A stretch of 64,000 bases of DNA, from positions 1,376,335 to 1,440,334 of the forward strand of contig MU057521.1 in NCBI GenBank assembly GCA_013265495.1. The letters run 5' to 3'. Made by a program: the position numbers and the translations under genes. The notes below the pieces were generated by a model. That model saw only the letters and a list, made by a program, of their open reading frames with translations, was not told the origin of the DNA and ran no database searches. Positions 51,006 through 64,000 of this stretch are shown one piece after another. The stretch is from Vicugna vicugna (lineage: Eukaryota). How positions within the stretch are numbered: position 1 is the first letter of the stretch; each line of letters starts with the position of its first letter.

Positions 51006-51419
51006 GTTTCCGAGTAGTCTGTCTGCTCCCAGTTCTTTACTCAGGCTCTGCTCTTGGGAGGGAGGAAAGCCAGGCTAAGACAGCAGGTTTAAATACCCTC
51101 AGATTACAGACAGGGGCACAGATTGCTCACAAAGCAGCTGTGGGATGCCAGCACCCAGCAGCTGTGTTGTAGCTTGACAGAGGTATAGCCCAGTCCCTGA
51201 GCAGCCTGCTGTAGAGCATCAGGGATGCTGGATGTGAGCTGAAGGACCACAGCAGCTTTAAGAGCTCAGCAAAGGACTTGAGAAAGATGGAGGCAACTGT
51301 GGGCTGCTGGGCGCTAGAAATAGGGTCCTAAAAACATAAAAAATGTGAGATCCTTTTGTAAGCAATGGTTGCAGTGAGAAGGACCATGGGGGAGTGAGGA
51401 ATAAGGGAGTAATCCTTTT

Positions 51420-52160
51420 TAAAATTTTTTTATCTTTTTTCTTCCTTTTTTTAAATTGAAGTATAGTCAGTTTACAATGTTGTGTCAATTTCTGGTGTAA
51501 GCATTATGTTTCAGTCATACATATACATACATATAGTCCTTTTCATATTTTTCATTATAGGTTACTATAAGATACTGAATATAGTTCTCTTTGCTATACA
51601 GTATGAACTTGTTGTTTATCTATTTTATATAGTAGTTAGTCTCTGCAAATCTTAAACTCCCAATTTATCCCTTCCCATCCCCTTTCCCCTCTGATAAGCA
51701 TGTTTGTTTTCTATAACTGAGTTTTCTTTATAAGTGAGTCTGTTTCTGTTTTGTAAATAAGTTCATTTGTGTCATTTTTTTAGATTCTACATATAAGTGA
51801 TATCATATGGTATTTTTTATTTCTGTTTCTGACTCACTTCATTTAGAATGGCCATCTCCAGGGTCCATCTATGTTGCTGCAAATGGCATTTTTATGGCTG
51901 AGTAGTATTCCATTATATACATATACATACACACACACACACACACACACACATACATACGTACATACATATACACCACAATTTCTTTATCCATTCATCT
52001 GTTGATGGACATTTAATTTAGGTTGCTGTCTTGGCTATTGTATATCGTGCTGCTATGAACATTGGGGTGCATGTACCTTTTCAAATTAGAGTTCCCTCCC
52101 TCTGGATATATACCCAGGAGTGGGATTGTTGGATCATATGGTAAGTCTGTTTTCAGTTTT
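51420..52160 (-). mobile_element. Young L1 3' end with internal (CA)n
   Basis: Poly(T) then aattgaagtatagtcagtttacaatg; ORF2 tail motifs. Confidence 0.9.
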
Positions 52161-55100
52161 TCACAATCTCTTCTTTAACATGCTTACTCACCAGGTGCAT
52201 ACTTCACTTATATGGTCATTGGTTATGAGAATACAGTTAATCAGAGGATTTTGCCTGAGAAAACTGCTTTAACAATTAATAGCTCAGAAGACAAAACAAA
52301 GAAACTTTTCCTTCTCTTGTTTGATTATATTTTTCAAGGTTTTATATATATATATATTATATATATAATTTATATATTTATATATAAATCCTCAAGTCTT
52401 CTTGCCTTTTCCTTAGTTTAGAGTTATCACTGAAAATAATAGAAAAACATTAGCAACCTATGCCGTGTATTTCCATAAACTTAAATAATCAGCTGGCCAA
52501 TAATCCTTTATGCCCTTTGGAAAAGAAAACTACCTTTTCCAATAAAGCAGTGTCCCCATTAGTGATGACTTAAATCTCCGTGGTGCTGTTTATTCCCCTC
52601 TAGTGGATGGGAAAGAGGCCATTTTCAGAACACTGGCAGAGTCTAGACAGGACGATCACCTGGTCTCCTTGTGCTCCCAGCCGGCAGGGGCTGGTGTCTG
52701 GAGGCCTCAGGAATGGAGGGATCAACAGAAGCAGATGAGAAGGAGGCAGACAGGACATCTGCGCACAGAGTCTCTGTGGCCTTGAGTTGCTGCTTTTTCC
52801 TCCACCTCCTTCCCTGGGACAAGGCCCACCTGCACCTGCTCAGCTGCCTCTTTGCTCCTAGCATCTCTCTAAGGATAACTCAGAGGCACTGCTCACCAAG
52901 GCATTCCTGCGGGCTGGCAGGACATCCGTTTGCCCCCCATGGCAGTGAAATGCAGAGGAAGGCCCGTGTGAGTAGGAAAAGAAGGCAGTAAGGCCTCTGG
53001 CTACAGGTTTCCAGGAGATGCAGCAGCTGATGTCAGGTCACCCACAAGACAGATGGAAATCTTGGGAACTGCTCACACCTTCCTGGTAAGGTCCACTGCC
53101 CACCCCACTAACAGAAGGAGTCGCACGAATGCATGGAACATGGCTGCATTGTTGCTACCTGCTGGAGCGGGTTCAAGGAAGGCCATTGTGTATTCTCAGG
53201 ATACATACCAAACCTATGCTTTATCTCCATGTTTCCTGAAGCATATTTTGATAAACTAGTGTGATTATTGGATATATTCCAAACAGAAGTTAGTTTGTCC
53301 CACTCTGGGTATCACATTGCCCAGGGTGCACCGCGGAAATTCAGTTACTCCAAAAGGATTGTACCTTCCAAAAGTCAGGAGAGACTCGCGGAGCTGCCTG
53401 GGAAACTGCCCTCGTGCAGGGTGTAAAGAAGAGGGATCAGGAGCCCCATGGGGGAGTGACTGTGACCTGGTCTGGATCTAGACCCAGCTCTGCTACTAAC
53501 GACTAACTAGTTCTCAGATGTGGAAACTTCCCTCCTTTGAGTACAAGTGAGCTCACGTGCTGGATTGGCAAGCTGGCCTCTGTGGTTACCCAGGTGCCAG
53601 CTATTCCTGATATTTCCTGATCTTGAAACCCAGTAAGCGTCCAGGTTACCCTCAGACCACTGGACAGATGCCCCACGGTTCTCTTGGATGGTTCAGAACC
53701 TTTGTAGCCCTGAAAAGCTTGTAAATGAAAAAGAAGAGAACTTTCTAGTTGGCTGGCTGCCCCTTCCAAGATAGTAAGCTTGAAGAATAGCCCCCTTCCT
53801 GAGGGATGGAGGAAACCAATCGGTAAGAAATAAGGGGCGACTGTTGAGGTCAGGAAAGGATTTGTAAGGGACAGCTTCAGGGCTGTTAAAGAAGATGAGG
53901 CCTGTCAATTTCCTCCCCATAAACTGTCACAAAACTATCGAAGTAAACAAATAAGCATGCTGTCTAGCACGTGGCTCTGGCAGCTGCCGCTGGGAAGGGG
54001 CTGGGAGAGAAAACTGCTACCCTCGCCTTCCAATGACGCGATGATAATGGTTTAAATTTTATTGAGTAAAAATTATCTCTGTGGAGTTCACACACAGAAA
54101 ACACCACACAGCACAACACCCACTAGTCATCTGTCTGAGGTAACACTTAAATGTGTATTTAACACAGGCATTTTAAAAAATTCAGCGCCCTGATTCAGAG
54201 CAAGGGAGGAGCTATTCCAGGGGGGTTAAATGACTAAGTTCTTTTGAAAAATTAGGTTTCTGTTTTCATCTCTTATTAGAATCATTGTTTGGGGTTTTTC
54301 ACTTATTTTGAACCAAAGGCAGGAATGGAGGGGAACATGTGACCTAGGTGACAACTGGGTGTGTGTTGTAGAAGGAATACAAGCCCAGTGGGGTTTCCAT
54401 GGGCCCCGGTCACAATGGACCAGGAGGAACGTAATTGTGCCCGAAACAAAAAGGGAGGTGGATGGCAGGGCTTCGGACACACTAACTTGTCCTTGAAAGA
54501 GTATATTGCATAAGACCTCTTGTAATGTCTGTGCTGGGCTGAAAACGAAGGCTTTGTGGACAGTAACAGCAGGGACAACATTGAGGGAACGTGGAGGGGT
54601 GAGCAGTACGTTTCCCTCCTGATTATAGAAGTCAGATCAAAGCCTGTGGGGCTGCTGTCCATTCAGCCGTCAATTCAGACGACAGCTCTCTCTGATTAAA
54701 AAATGAAGACATGAGTCATTTTCTGAGGTGCTGGCCGCTGATGTGAGGTTCCATGTTCTGGAGTCTCTCATGGTCATGACTACATCTGTGTCTTCCTGCC
54801 CACCTGGGACAGGCTGAGGGAATTGAAACTGCTATGATTGGAAATGAGGATAATTATGGGGACTTGGGACTAAATAGTAGAGCCCTGTCCTGAACCTGGG
54901 GGGAGCTGTGAGGCTCTGGCAGAGAGATGCCAGAGAACACAGATAGTGCCCCTTGGTGCAGATGGAAAAGTATGTATGGTCATGCTTTGGAAAACTTTAG
55001 GTAAAGTTGAGCCATGTGGTTGTGACAAGGGAGAACTTGAATGAAAATCTGGGACTCTGTGTGAATTTCCTCATATGACACCACTCCTTAAAGAACCTTT

Positions 55101-56269
55101 CGTCTTGGTTTGCTGCTAAGCCTGGTTCCTCATGGAAAAAGAAGAAAAAGAATTTTGTGTGCTTTCTTTGCCTTTGTTGGCTAAACCGTCTTGTTCTAGA
55201 TTGAATCTTCTGGAAGCGTAAATCAAAGGCTGTGAGTGTCCAGCCAGGTGCTCTCCACCTGGCCGGCACTCTTGTCCCCTACTGCTTACAGCACCCAGGA
55301 GCTCACTTACTCCCCACCCTGGAACCACGCGACCCCTGCCAGCTGCAGCCTGACTAACCACCAAGGTACAATGACAGGGGCACAAAAGGCCAGTCCCCTT
55401 ATGTCAGGATGGGACAGCTCTGCCCTGCAGTTTGTGTTCCAGAGCTTTCTTCAAGTTGAATGACAGTAGATCCCAATAATTCCTTGGAGAGCTTTGTGCA
55501 GGAGGTCATGGTGGCCCGGACAATTCATTGCGTCCTTCTGGCTAGACTCCTGCATGCGGGAGCAAAGGCTTGATTCTCACATTGGTGAGGAAGCTGCTAA
55601 AGTTTACTCTAGCTGTGTTGGGAAAGTCATATCTGCCCTTTGTAACCAGCTAACCCCAACGTGCAGCTTTGTAGGAGAGTGGTTCCGGGAGCTGTGTGAG
55701 GCAGCTGACACCAGGGGAGCAGTACGGTCCCCAAGAAAAGACCTGTTGACCAAAGCAGAGCTTAAGGCGGTAATAACAACTTTGATTTATAACAAGAACT
55801 GTTTGTACATAATTACTAAAATATTGATTGCACATTCAGCAGTGTGCTTAAAGACAAACCAAATCTGATAACAGTGCCAGAAGAATCTTATTGTGAACCA
55901 TTTAGTCACCATTTAGCCCTTTCCTGCAATAATCTGGTGGGATTTTATAGAGCACATTTGAATATATTGAGCATTGCATTTGATGACTGTGGCTCATCTG
56001 TGTCCTTAAAGCGCTCCTGGTTGAAGGCATCAAACAGCAAACCTGATACAATGGCAGTTCTGTAAGTACAGAGTGAGAGAGGAACAGGGATCAGAGTGCA
56101 AATAAATCAGACAGAAAAGGTCAGGGAAAACATCAGAGACCGGGGACTCAGGGGAGGAGAGGATTCCAGACACAAGAGAAGGGATGCCAGACAACCAGGA
56201 TAGAAGAAGCTTTAGGATCACTTGTAAGCCAAATTTTACAGTTAAATTCAAATTTAAATTCAAAACCAC

Positions 56270-56785
56270 TGACCTTATAAGGGCCTTTAAGGTGTGACTG
56301 CTGCCTGGCATCATCCCTTAACCATCCCACAGGCCTCAGGACCTGCCCCCTATTACCTCTGAGATGCCCACCCCACCTTTCCACCCACACTGACCTCTTT
56401 TCCAGGTCAAATGCATCATGTGTACCTCTACCTCTGAGCCTCTATATTTACTGTTCCCTTTGCCTGAAATGTTTTTCCCCTCAGTATTTTCATGGGTTGT
56501 TTCTTGGTCTCTTTGAAATCTTTACCCAAATGTTTGTTTCTCAGTGAGGTCTTTTTTGTTTTTCCTATTTAAAATACAGCTCTATGCACACCTAACATTC
56601 TCTATCCTTTCCCCCTGATTTATGGTTTTCAAAATATTATGCTATGTATTTTATTTGTCACTTATTTTGTGACCTGTGTGGGCAAGGACTTTTGTCTGTT
56701 TTGTTCACTCCTATACTCCCGGGCCTAGAACAGTAATTGACTTGTGGTAAATGCTCACTAAAAATTTGTTCAAGGATTAAATAAA
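56270..56785 (+). mobile_element. L2 3' end
   Basis: gggcaaggacttttgtctgttttgttcactcctatactcccgggcctagaacagt...ctcactaaaaatttgtt. Confidence 0.85.
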
Positions 56786-59599
56786 ATGATCTCTTCAGCT
56801 ACACTAACTTGCTCTTTTACCTCCTCCCTGAGGTGTGTTTCGTTAACCTATGCAATTCTATTTTTCATTTTCCAAATTTACTTTTTTTCTAAAATCTTCC
56901 CAGTCATTTTTATAGTCTCTTACTTCTTACTCTGTCATTCCTTTTTTCAGTCTTCCAACATTTGATACATTATTATTTTATATATTTTTGTGTCTGATTT
57001 AATTTCTTTACCTGAAGGAAGGGAGTTTAATTCTATGGTTCATAGTTTATGCTGATTCTCATTCATGGTGGCCTATTGGCTTGTATTTTTCATGTTTGAT
57101 TCTGAACTCATTGGTTAATCTGAATATGGGGGATCCTGAGGGCCTAAGATGGGGATGTTTTTACCCAGAGAGGACTCAGATTTTCTTCTACTGCAGGCCA
57201 GAGGCGCTGCCCCAGACTAACGCAAGAATCTCTGTTTCTCCTCCTCACCCCCTTTCACTGCAGCCAGTGGCTTAGACTAACTAATAGCGCTGACCCTGGC
57301 AGCCACGCTCAAGGCAACTAACTCTCCCTTCCTCAGTTGGCTTGCTCCCCAACGTTCCCACTCTGCCTTCATCTCACTTTTTCTACCTGCCCCACCACCG
57401 CTTACTTAACGTGAACCCAACAATGCAATAAAGAACCTGATTTATACCGGAGTTACTTGTTGGATAGTATGCAGCACTGCTAACCGACATCCCATTTTCC
57501 TTCCCCCACGCATTTCCTCTCCACTGTAAGCTCTAGTGGTGGGAAGTGATGCTGAAACTCTGGCCTCTCAGTTACCTCTCAGCACAGTGCTTTGTCAGTA
57601 GGAAATGTCCAGTTTATAACTCCTGACTTGTCGGTTAATATTCAAACGTCAAATCAGGCAAATTAGCATGCTTCACCGTGGTGTTTTACGTCAATGCTCT
57701 AGTCCCGTGTGGTATGGCCTCTCCTAACTATCTGGCCTTGAATTATTCTAGAGAGCTTCCTCTCTTTACTCACAGGGGTTTGTACAATGTGGTTGGTGTG
57801 ATTTCGCCCACCATCACCTCCAAGCTCGTTGCCAACCGTGCTTCGGAGTGCCTGGGCCGGCATCCCGGAGCCCTGTTTGTCCTGGTATTCATTACTGCTT
57901 GGCTCTGCTCCCATTCGCAGCCAGTGCAGAGTTATTTATATCAAATCAGGGAAGCCTTGGTGAGCTTTGCCATGATAACTCACATGCTCAGAATGCCTTG
58001 CATCCCCAAGGACTTTACACATGGTATCCTCACAGGAAACCCCTCCCCGCTGACCCAGGGGGATCTCCTGGCTTCCCTGGGAAGTGGCAGCTGCTCCATC
58101 CATCTGCTTAGACAATAGGGCCTTTGCATTTAAATTAAGAGCCCTGGCCCACAACACGGAAGGTGGAACTTGCCCAAAGAGGTCATACAGCTGAGTCACG
58201 GAGAATAGCACTGAAACTGCAGTCCAGGGCAAAGGAGAGTGCCTCCCTGGAGTGGAGCCAGAGCTCTGGCTCACGCCTCTGAGGCCAGCGTTACTTGCTG
58301 TGCGTGTCAGAGCTTCCAGGAGGACACACTGCTTCGAAACCACCAGTCTTCCCCTCCCGGGCCTGCTCTGTGAGCGCTGCCGTTCTGAGACCCATGCATC
58401 CCCACCTGGGAGTGATCGACTCTCATCAATGTCACGTTCAGACTGTCATTCATCAATTCTCATTTGTTTCAACCAACACAGCTTTATTACCGTCAGCGTT
58501 CCACCGTTAGACCCTGGACAGAGCCCAGTGAAGATCTTCTGATGCTCTGGCAGCAGCTAACTCAGTTAACAAATTAACAGGAGTCCACAGGCACAGATCA
58601 CGAAAGAAATTAGATCAGCTCTGAGAGAAATCAGGCTGGGGGCAGGGAGGGTCAATAATCATTTTAAGTAAAATCAAACAGACAACTGACAGTCCAGTCC
58701 ATATTCTCACTGGTGCTCACACCAGGCAGCATCAGAGGCTTTTTATTGGGGAAGGCCCAATAGAGAGTATTCATGTCCTGGCAAAATTTTGTGCTGAAAA
58801 TAAAAGTTCACATCCAGTTAATTTGCAAGTCCGCTGCCTGCCATCAAATCACCATGCAAGGAAACTGCTCCGAGCAAGCCTGCCTCATCCTAGAGCCTCT
58901 GGGAAGGAGTTCCTGCCAGGGGAATATCAACATTGCTCCACTAGACCAGTGTTGAAATTCAGTGGGTGCAGGGAGGTGGCAAGCGTGGGCGGCAAGTTTC
59001 AAAACATTCACTTTGCACAGCCATGGTGCCTAGCATCATAGGTTCTGTGGCGGGCAGAGTCATCTGTGCTGTTTACACATCCAGGGAAGATTCTTCTGAG
59101 TCTCCTCGAGTGAGAAGACCATCCCAGTTCTAGATGAGCAAAACTGACTCCTTTTTCTTCAATGCAGGACTTGTCACCATGCGTGGTCGTGGGCCAAAAT
59201 TTTCCCTTTGCGCTGAGAGGTTTCCTTCTGGTTCTCAGAAGGTTCGTCAGAATAAATCTTACAACTTGGACTTTAAGCTTCAAACAAGCGGCTGTTAGCT
59301 CTTCCATCACTTTCCCTTCTGGAGAATGGTAAATAGATCATGGTTTGTAGAGATTCTTCAGGACTTGATGGTGTTCTTTGATGGAGGAGTTTTTCTTGTA
59401 GACCAGCAATTCACTGCAAAGATCAAATACATAATTTTTGTTAATTGGTAAACCATTTTAAGGAATTTTTTTCATTTGATTTTTATCACAGAGTACAAAA
59501 AATCAGGACTAAAAAGCCAAAACCTTAGAAATTTGATTAACATTATATCTCTTCTCTCTCCTGGTCTCAAGCCTTCAAAATCCTGCTCCCCCTCTTAAT

Positions 59600-60050
59600 T
59601 ATTGGCAGTTGATCTTACTTCCCCATCTAGAGGGTACTTCTTTTCTGCTTCCTTCTGTATCCCCGTCCCCCAGTCTGCTAGCCTGCCTGCCTCTGTCTCC
59701 TCTTACTTTGGGTTCCCTCAGTTACTCTAGTGACCTGACCTTCGTCCTCCTACAAGGTGTCCCATCCCCTCCTACCTACTTAAACACTTTGCTTCTATGA
59801 CTGTATGTCCTTTTCAGCATGGGCTTCTTCCCAGAAGCATACAAACATGCTGTCATATTTCCTATCTTAAAAAAATCCTCCTGACCCCATGGCCCTCTCT
59901 AGCCACAGGCTCATTTCTGTTTCCTCTTCACCTCCTTTCTTCCCATTTTCTGCTGAACCCACTTAACTCAGCCCTTTGTTCTCATTACAACAGTAAAATC
60001 ACTCTTGTCTAAGTCACCAACCTGGTCTCCGACGCCAGAGTCAACAGCAG
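59600..60050 (+). mobile_element. L2 ORF2-region fragment
   Basis: ctgctgaacccacttaactcagccctttg...actcttgtctaagtcaccaac. Confidence 0.6.
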
Positions 60051-60504
60051 TGTGTCCAGTGTCTGGGTTGAGGATGGTTTCTTTGCCAGTTGGTTCTGTG
60101 AAATGCTTTGGGGTGTCTTTCCTGTTTCAGAAGCCCTTGTCCAAGCCTGGTTCTCCGACCATCTCAATGTTTTACTAAATTCCACTTGGGATTAAATTAG
60201 CTAGAGCTGGTTTCTGATGCTTGTAGTAAAGAGCCCTGAACTGATTCACTGGGGGAGTTAGGCTGACCTGGTTCTGTGGAGTTGCTCCTGGGATATGAGG
60301 ATTTGGGAGATTTCCCCAGGCTCTGCACCACTGGGAGGAGTGGGGCAATGTTGTGGTTCTACCTGCTGATGGCTGAAGAGTGGCCTGTTACCACCATCCA
60401 GACAAGTCGTCCTCTCTTCCCAGTATTACCCCTTGGTGATGGCTTCCCCGCTTTCAGGGCTGACCAGGATGCTCATCCTGTCCAGATCTGGCCATCCAGA
60501 AATA

Positions 60505-61480
60505 GGGCAAACAACTTAAAAATTAAAATGAGCAAATGATATGAACACAAAAGGATTCCTAGAGGTCACACCAATGGACAATAAACACAAACATGTATAC
60601 TAAAATTAGTAGTTAGGGACATGCACATTAAAACCTCTCAGATTAACAAAACTAAGTCTGATATTTCTGAGCTGATGGAGCTGATGGAGCTGATGGGGCT
60701 GTGGGGTAGTGGGAACCAGAAGAGACAGCTCTCTCAAAGAGCAGATGGGTGACATCTAGAAACGTGAATGCCAGGCAGACCTTTTGATCACAGCTATATA
60801 GAGACCCAAAGGAATTTGCACAGGATTATGTACAAGAATATATGTTGCATCATTGTTTTTAATAATAAAATGCTAGAAACTGCCTAAATATTCATCCTTA
60901 GAGACTGGATAAATAAATGGTCTGTACACATGAAGGAGTGTTAAATAGCAGCAAAAATGAACTTGAGCTGCTTGTTCAACATGAATAACTTTCATGGACA
61001 TCATGTGGAACAAAAAAGTTGTAGAAAGAAGCATTCAGTATCCTTATAAAAGTTAAAAAAACATGGGAAGAAATGCTGTATTTTGTTTAGGGATACAAAC
61101 ATGTAGCAAAGTATAAAGAACTGCATGAGGGGAGGGTATAGCTCCGTGGTAGTACACGTGCTTCGCATGCACAAAGTCTTGGGTTCAAGCTCCAGGCTCT
61201 CCATTAAAAAAAAATATATGAATAAATAAAACTAATTACCTCCCCCGCCAAAACAAACAAACAAACAAACAAAACTTTTTTAAACAATGAAAAATACATG
61301 GGAATGATGGACACTAAATTATGAATAATTGTTGTTTCTGGGTACAGGGGTGTGAAGGCATAAAGAGAAGGGCATAATAATGAGGAAAAGGCTCACTCTG
61401 TTATGTTTAATAAGCTGCTGAGGGTATACCTTTTCACGTATCTGAAATATTTCATAGTACAAACTTAATGAAACAAAAGG
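60505..61480 (+). mobile_element. Old L1 (L1ME-type) 3' region
   Basis: ctagaaactgcctaaatattcatc...actggataaataaatgg; interrupted by a SINE. Confidence 0.7.
61129..61275 (+). mobile_element. Vic-1-type tRNA-derived SINE (camelid)
   Basis: ggggagggtatagctccgtggtag (A box) ...gggttcaagctcc (B box), followed by poly(A), ctaattacctcccc and an (AAAC)n tail. Confidence 0.85.
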
Positions 61481-62659
61481 ATCAGGGAGGAAAGGTCAGC
61501 CAGAGAGAGTTTTCCAGGTCACTCAGGGCAGCCACGGGTTCTGCTGATCTTTCTAGAAGTGGCCTCGGGGTCAGTCTGGGTGCTGATTTGGCTAGCATTT
61601 CCACCAACATCACCCCGTTTCCTGGTTCATAAACTAATGATTCTGTTGGTACTAAATCTGCCTCCTGCTGCTTATATTACATGATTTGTGGAGAGGAAAT
61701 ATAAGTAGCTTAACAGCACTTTGGTTCATTTCATCTCCTCCTTTCCCATCTCCTTCCTGTTAGGGATTGGATTTGTTTCGGGGGAGAAAGCATTGGTAAC
61801 TGATTTCTGGCAATGCTTTCTTCTCTCTGAGTTTTTGGTCTTACGCTCACTAGCCTTCAACAACAGTGGGAAAAAGTAATGAAAGTATTTGAATAAAATA
61901 GGAAGGGGGCTGCTACTGTGGACTTATCAACATCATTGTACCTAAAAAAAAAACAACTCCCTAGCACCCCATACCAGGACAATGGCCTCTTTCTCCATGA
62001 AGGGCTGTTCATCCATATGTTGTAAAACAAGTAAAAGACAAAGAGCACAGTACAAACTTTTTGGAAATGGATTAGCATTTATCAAGATCCTTTCAAATGC
62101 CTGTGCTCTTTAACCCAGCAATTCTATGTTTAGAACACTAACCAAAGGAAATAATAAAATGTTATCAAATATATATGCCCCCAAATTACAAAACAACCCT
62201 AAACAAGGGACAGTTAATAAAATTATAGAAAATCCAAAAAATGTACTATTAAATGGCCATTTAATATGATGCACATAGCAGTGACATGGGGAGATATAAG
62301 GGCTCTTTAACTGGAAAAGCAGAATATAATACTGTAATCTGCAATATCCACTCTACAAATTTATCTACCATCTGTCTACACAGATACATAGGACAAAATC
62401 AGAAACAAAGTATACAGGACTCTAAGCAGCAGAGATCTCTGAGGAAAAAAAGAGATGATAGCAATTTAAAAATATACTTTTCTGATTTTTTCAAAGTTTT
62501 ATACGATGGCTGTGTACTACTTTAAAAATTAGGGGGAAGTTATAAAAAGAAAAGCACATTGGATTAAGAAACAGGTAAACTAGGTGGTCTAGAGAATGCT
62601 TTTTCACAGTTCTCTTCTGGGTCTCCGCATCCCAGGCTGTAAGCAGGGACGTTAGTAAC

Positions 62660-64000
62660 CCTTTCTTGCCCTGGTGGGGAAACCTGAACTGTAATTGATG
62701 AATTGCTGGAGGCTCCATGTGGGCAACTTTGAGAGTAAAAGCTCCAGAGGTCCAGTCATAGGGAGCGTCCCCACAGTACTGTGAGTTTTACCTCCAAAAG
62801 CTTGATCAGCTCCTACAGTAAATATCAGGGGGAAGTTATGGGGAAGGGAACAAGGAACTATTCTGAAATACACCAGAGTGCTCTGTTCTCAGCAGAGCTT
62901 CTGCCTTCACGGAAACCAGTTAACCAGAGCCTGACCAACTGACCTGGGGAAGGGAAATACCCGACTCCAGCACATTCTAGTCATCCTATCCCACTTAAGG
63001 GGGAAGGAACACGCATGAAGCTCGCTGTCCAGAAGCACAGGCTCACTTAAAGGCTCAGACTCAATTGTGGGACTACAGACTATAGCTTCCCCTCCCCCCA
63101 CACCTTGCCATCATATTACTTAAGGTCTGTTTACGTCAGTTCTTTTACCCAGTACATCACATCTGGCTATCAAAAATTATAAGGTATGCCAAAAGGCAAA
63201 AACCCAATCTGAGAGACAGAACATATATCAGAACCAGACATGATAGGTATGTTGGGATAATCAGACTGGAAATTTTAAATGATTATGATGAATATGCGAA
63301 AGATTCTGACAAACAAGAACCAGTGGGCAAAGTCCAGAGAGATGGAAATCCTAAGAAAGAACCAAAAAGAAATGCTAGAGAGAGAGAAAAAAAATAACAC
63401 TAACAGAAATGAAGAATGCTTTTGGTGATTTTATTAGTAGACTGGACATGTCTGAGGAAGGAATCTCTGAGCTAGGGGATATATCAATAGAATCCTGTAA
63501 AACTGAAAAGAGAACAAAGACTTAAAAAAAATAAAAAACCCAGGATACTGAAGGGCTATGGGACAACTGCAAAAGGCGTACACAAAATGGGAAATCAGAA
63601 GGAGAAGAAAGAAAGGAATAGAAGAAATATTTGAAACAAGAATGACTAAGAATTTCCTCGAATTAGTGTCTGACACCAAACTACAGATTCAGGAAGCTCA
63701 CAGAACACCAAGCAGGATGAATGCCACCCCCAAACTACACCAAGGCATATCATTTTCAATTGACAGGAAGTCAAAAATTAAGAAAAAAAATCCCAACAAA
63801 AAGCAGAGGGGGGAAAAACACCTTACCCACAGAGGAATAAAAATAAGAATTACATCTAACTTCTCAGGATTCATGCAAGCAAGAAGAAAGTGAAGTGAAA
63901 TATTTAAAGCGTCGAGAGAAAAAAAAAACTACCAACCTAGAATTCTGTAACCTGCAAAATCATGCTTCAAAAGTGAAGGAGAAACAAAGACTTTCTCAGA
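62660..64000 (+). mobile_element. Old L1 5'UTR/ORF1 region, running off the window
   Basis: ORF 63558-63893 (EEIFETRMTKNFLEL..LQIQEAHRTPSRMN...GIKIRITSNFS) is an L1 ORF1p remnant. Confidence 0.88.

Noticed and set aside
35726..53400. Resemblance of a few candidate relic peptides to GREB1-family motifs (GVFLELG, DLELF, LSKYA)
   Set aside because: The matches are short and not collinear, so no family assignment is supportable.
60669..60695. 3 x 9-bp tandem gagctgatg
   Set aside because: Local slippage inside an old L1; no spacers, not CRISPR-like.
61129..61205. tRNA gene
   Set aside because: Degenerate stems, A-rich tail and insertion inside an L1 indicate a SINE.
1..64000. CRISPR array, prokaryotic defence system or intact mobile-element ORF
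   Set aside because: No regularly spaced repeats or operon-like ORFs; all transposon coding remnants are truncated or degenerate.

Overview
Mammalian genomic DNA, most likely a camelid (tRNA-derived Vic-1-type SINEs at 43780-43870 and 61129-61275; I saw no Alu, B1, Bov-tA or PRE-1). The only clearly recognisable coding sequence is the last exon of TNFRSF11A (RANK) on the + strand, 7048-7388, carrying the IVVY, PVQEE(S) and PVQEQG cytoplasmic motifs inside a CpG island. Bases 1-7047 are the preceding intron, a long 3'UTR probably runs to about 12.4 kb, and the rest looks intergenic. Much of the window is interspersed repeat: L1 of several ages, L2, a long L3/CR1 fossil, MIR, MaLR/ERV LTRs, and Tigger and hAT elements. 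Repeat family names come from recalled consensus sequences and their boundaries are approximate. The best leads are (1) an orphan CpG-rich, motif-dense promoter-like element fused to an MLT1 LTR with a splice donor at about 23.1-23.5 kb, and (2) chains of minus-strand exon-like segments at 35.7-62 kb that may be a decayed multi-exon gene, whose family I could not identify and which may be chance. No CRISPR array, rRNA or prokaryotic system is evident.
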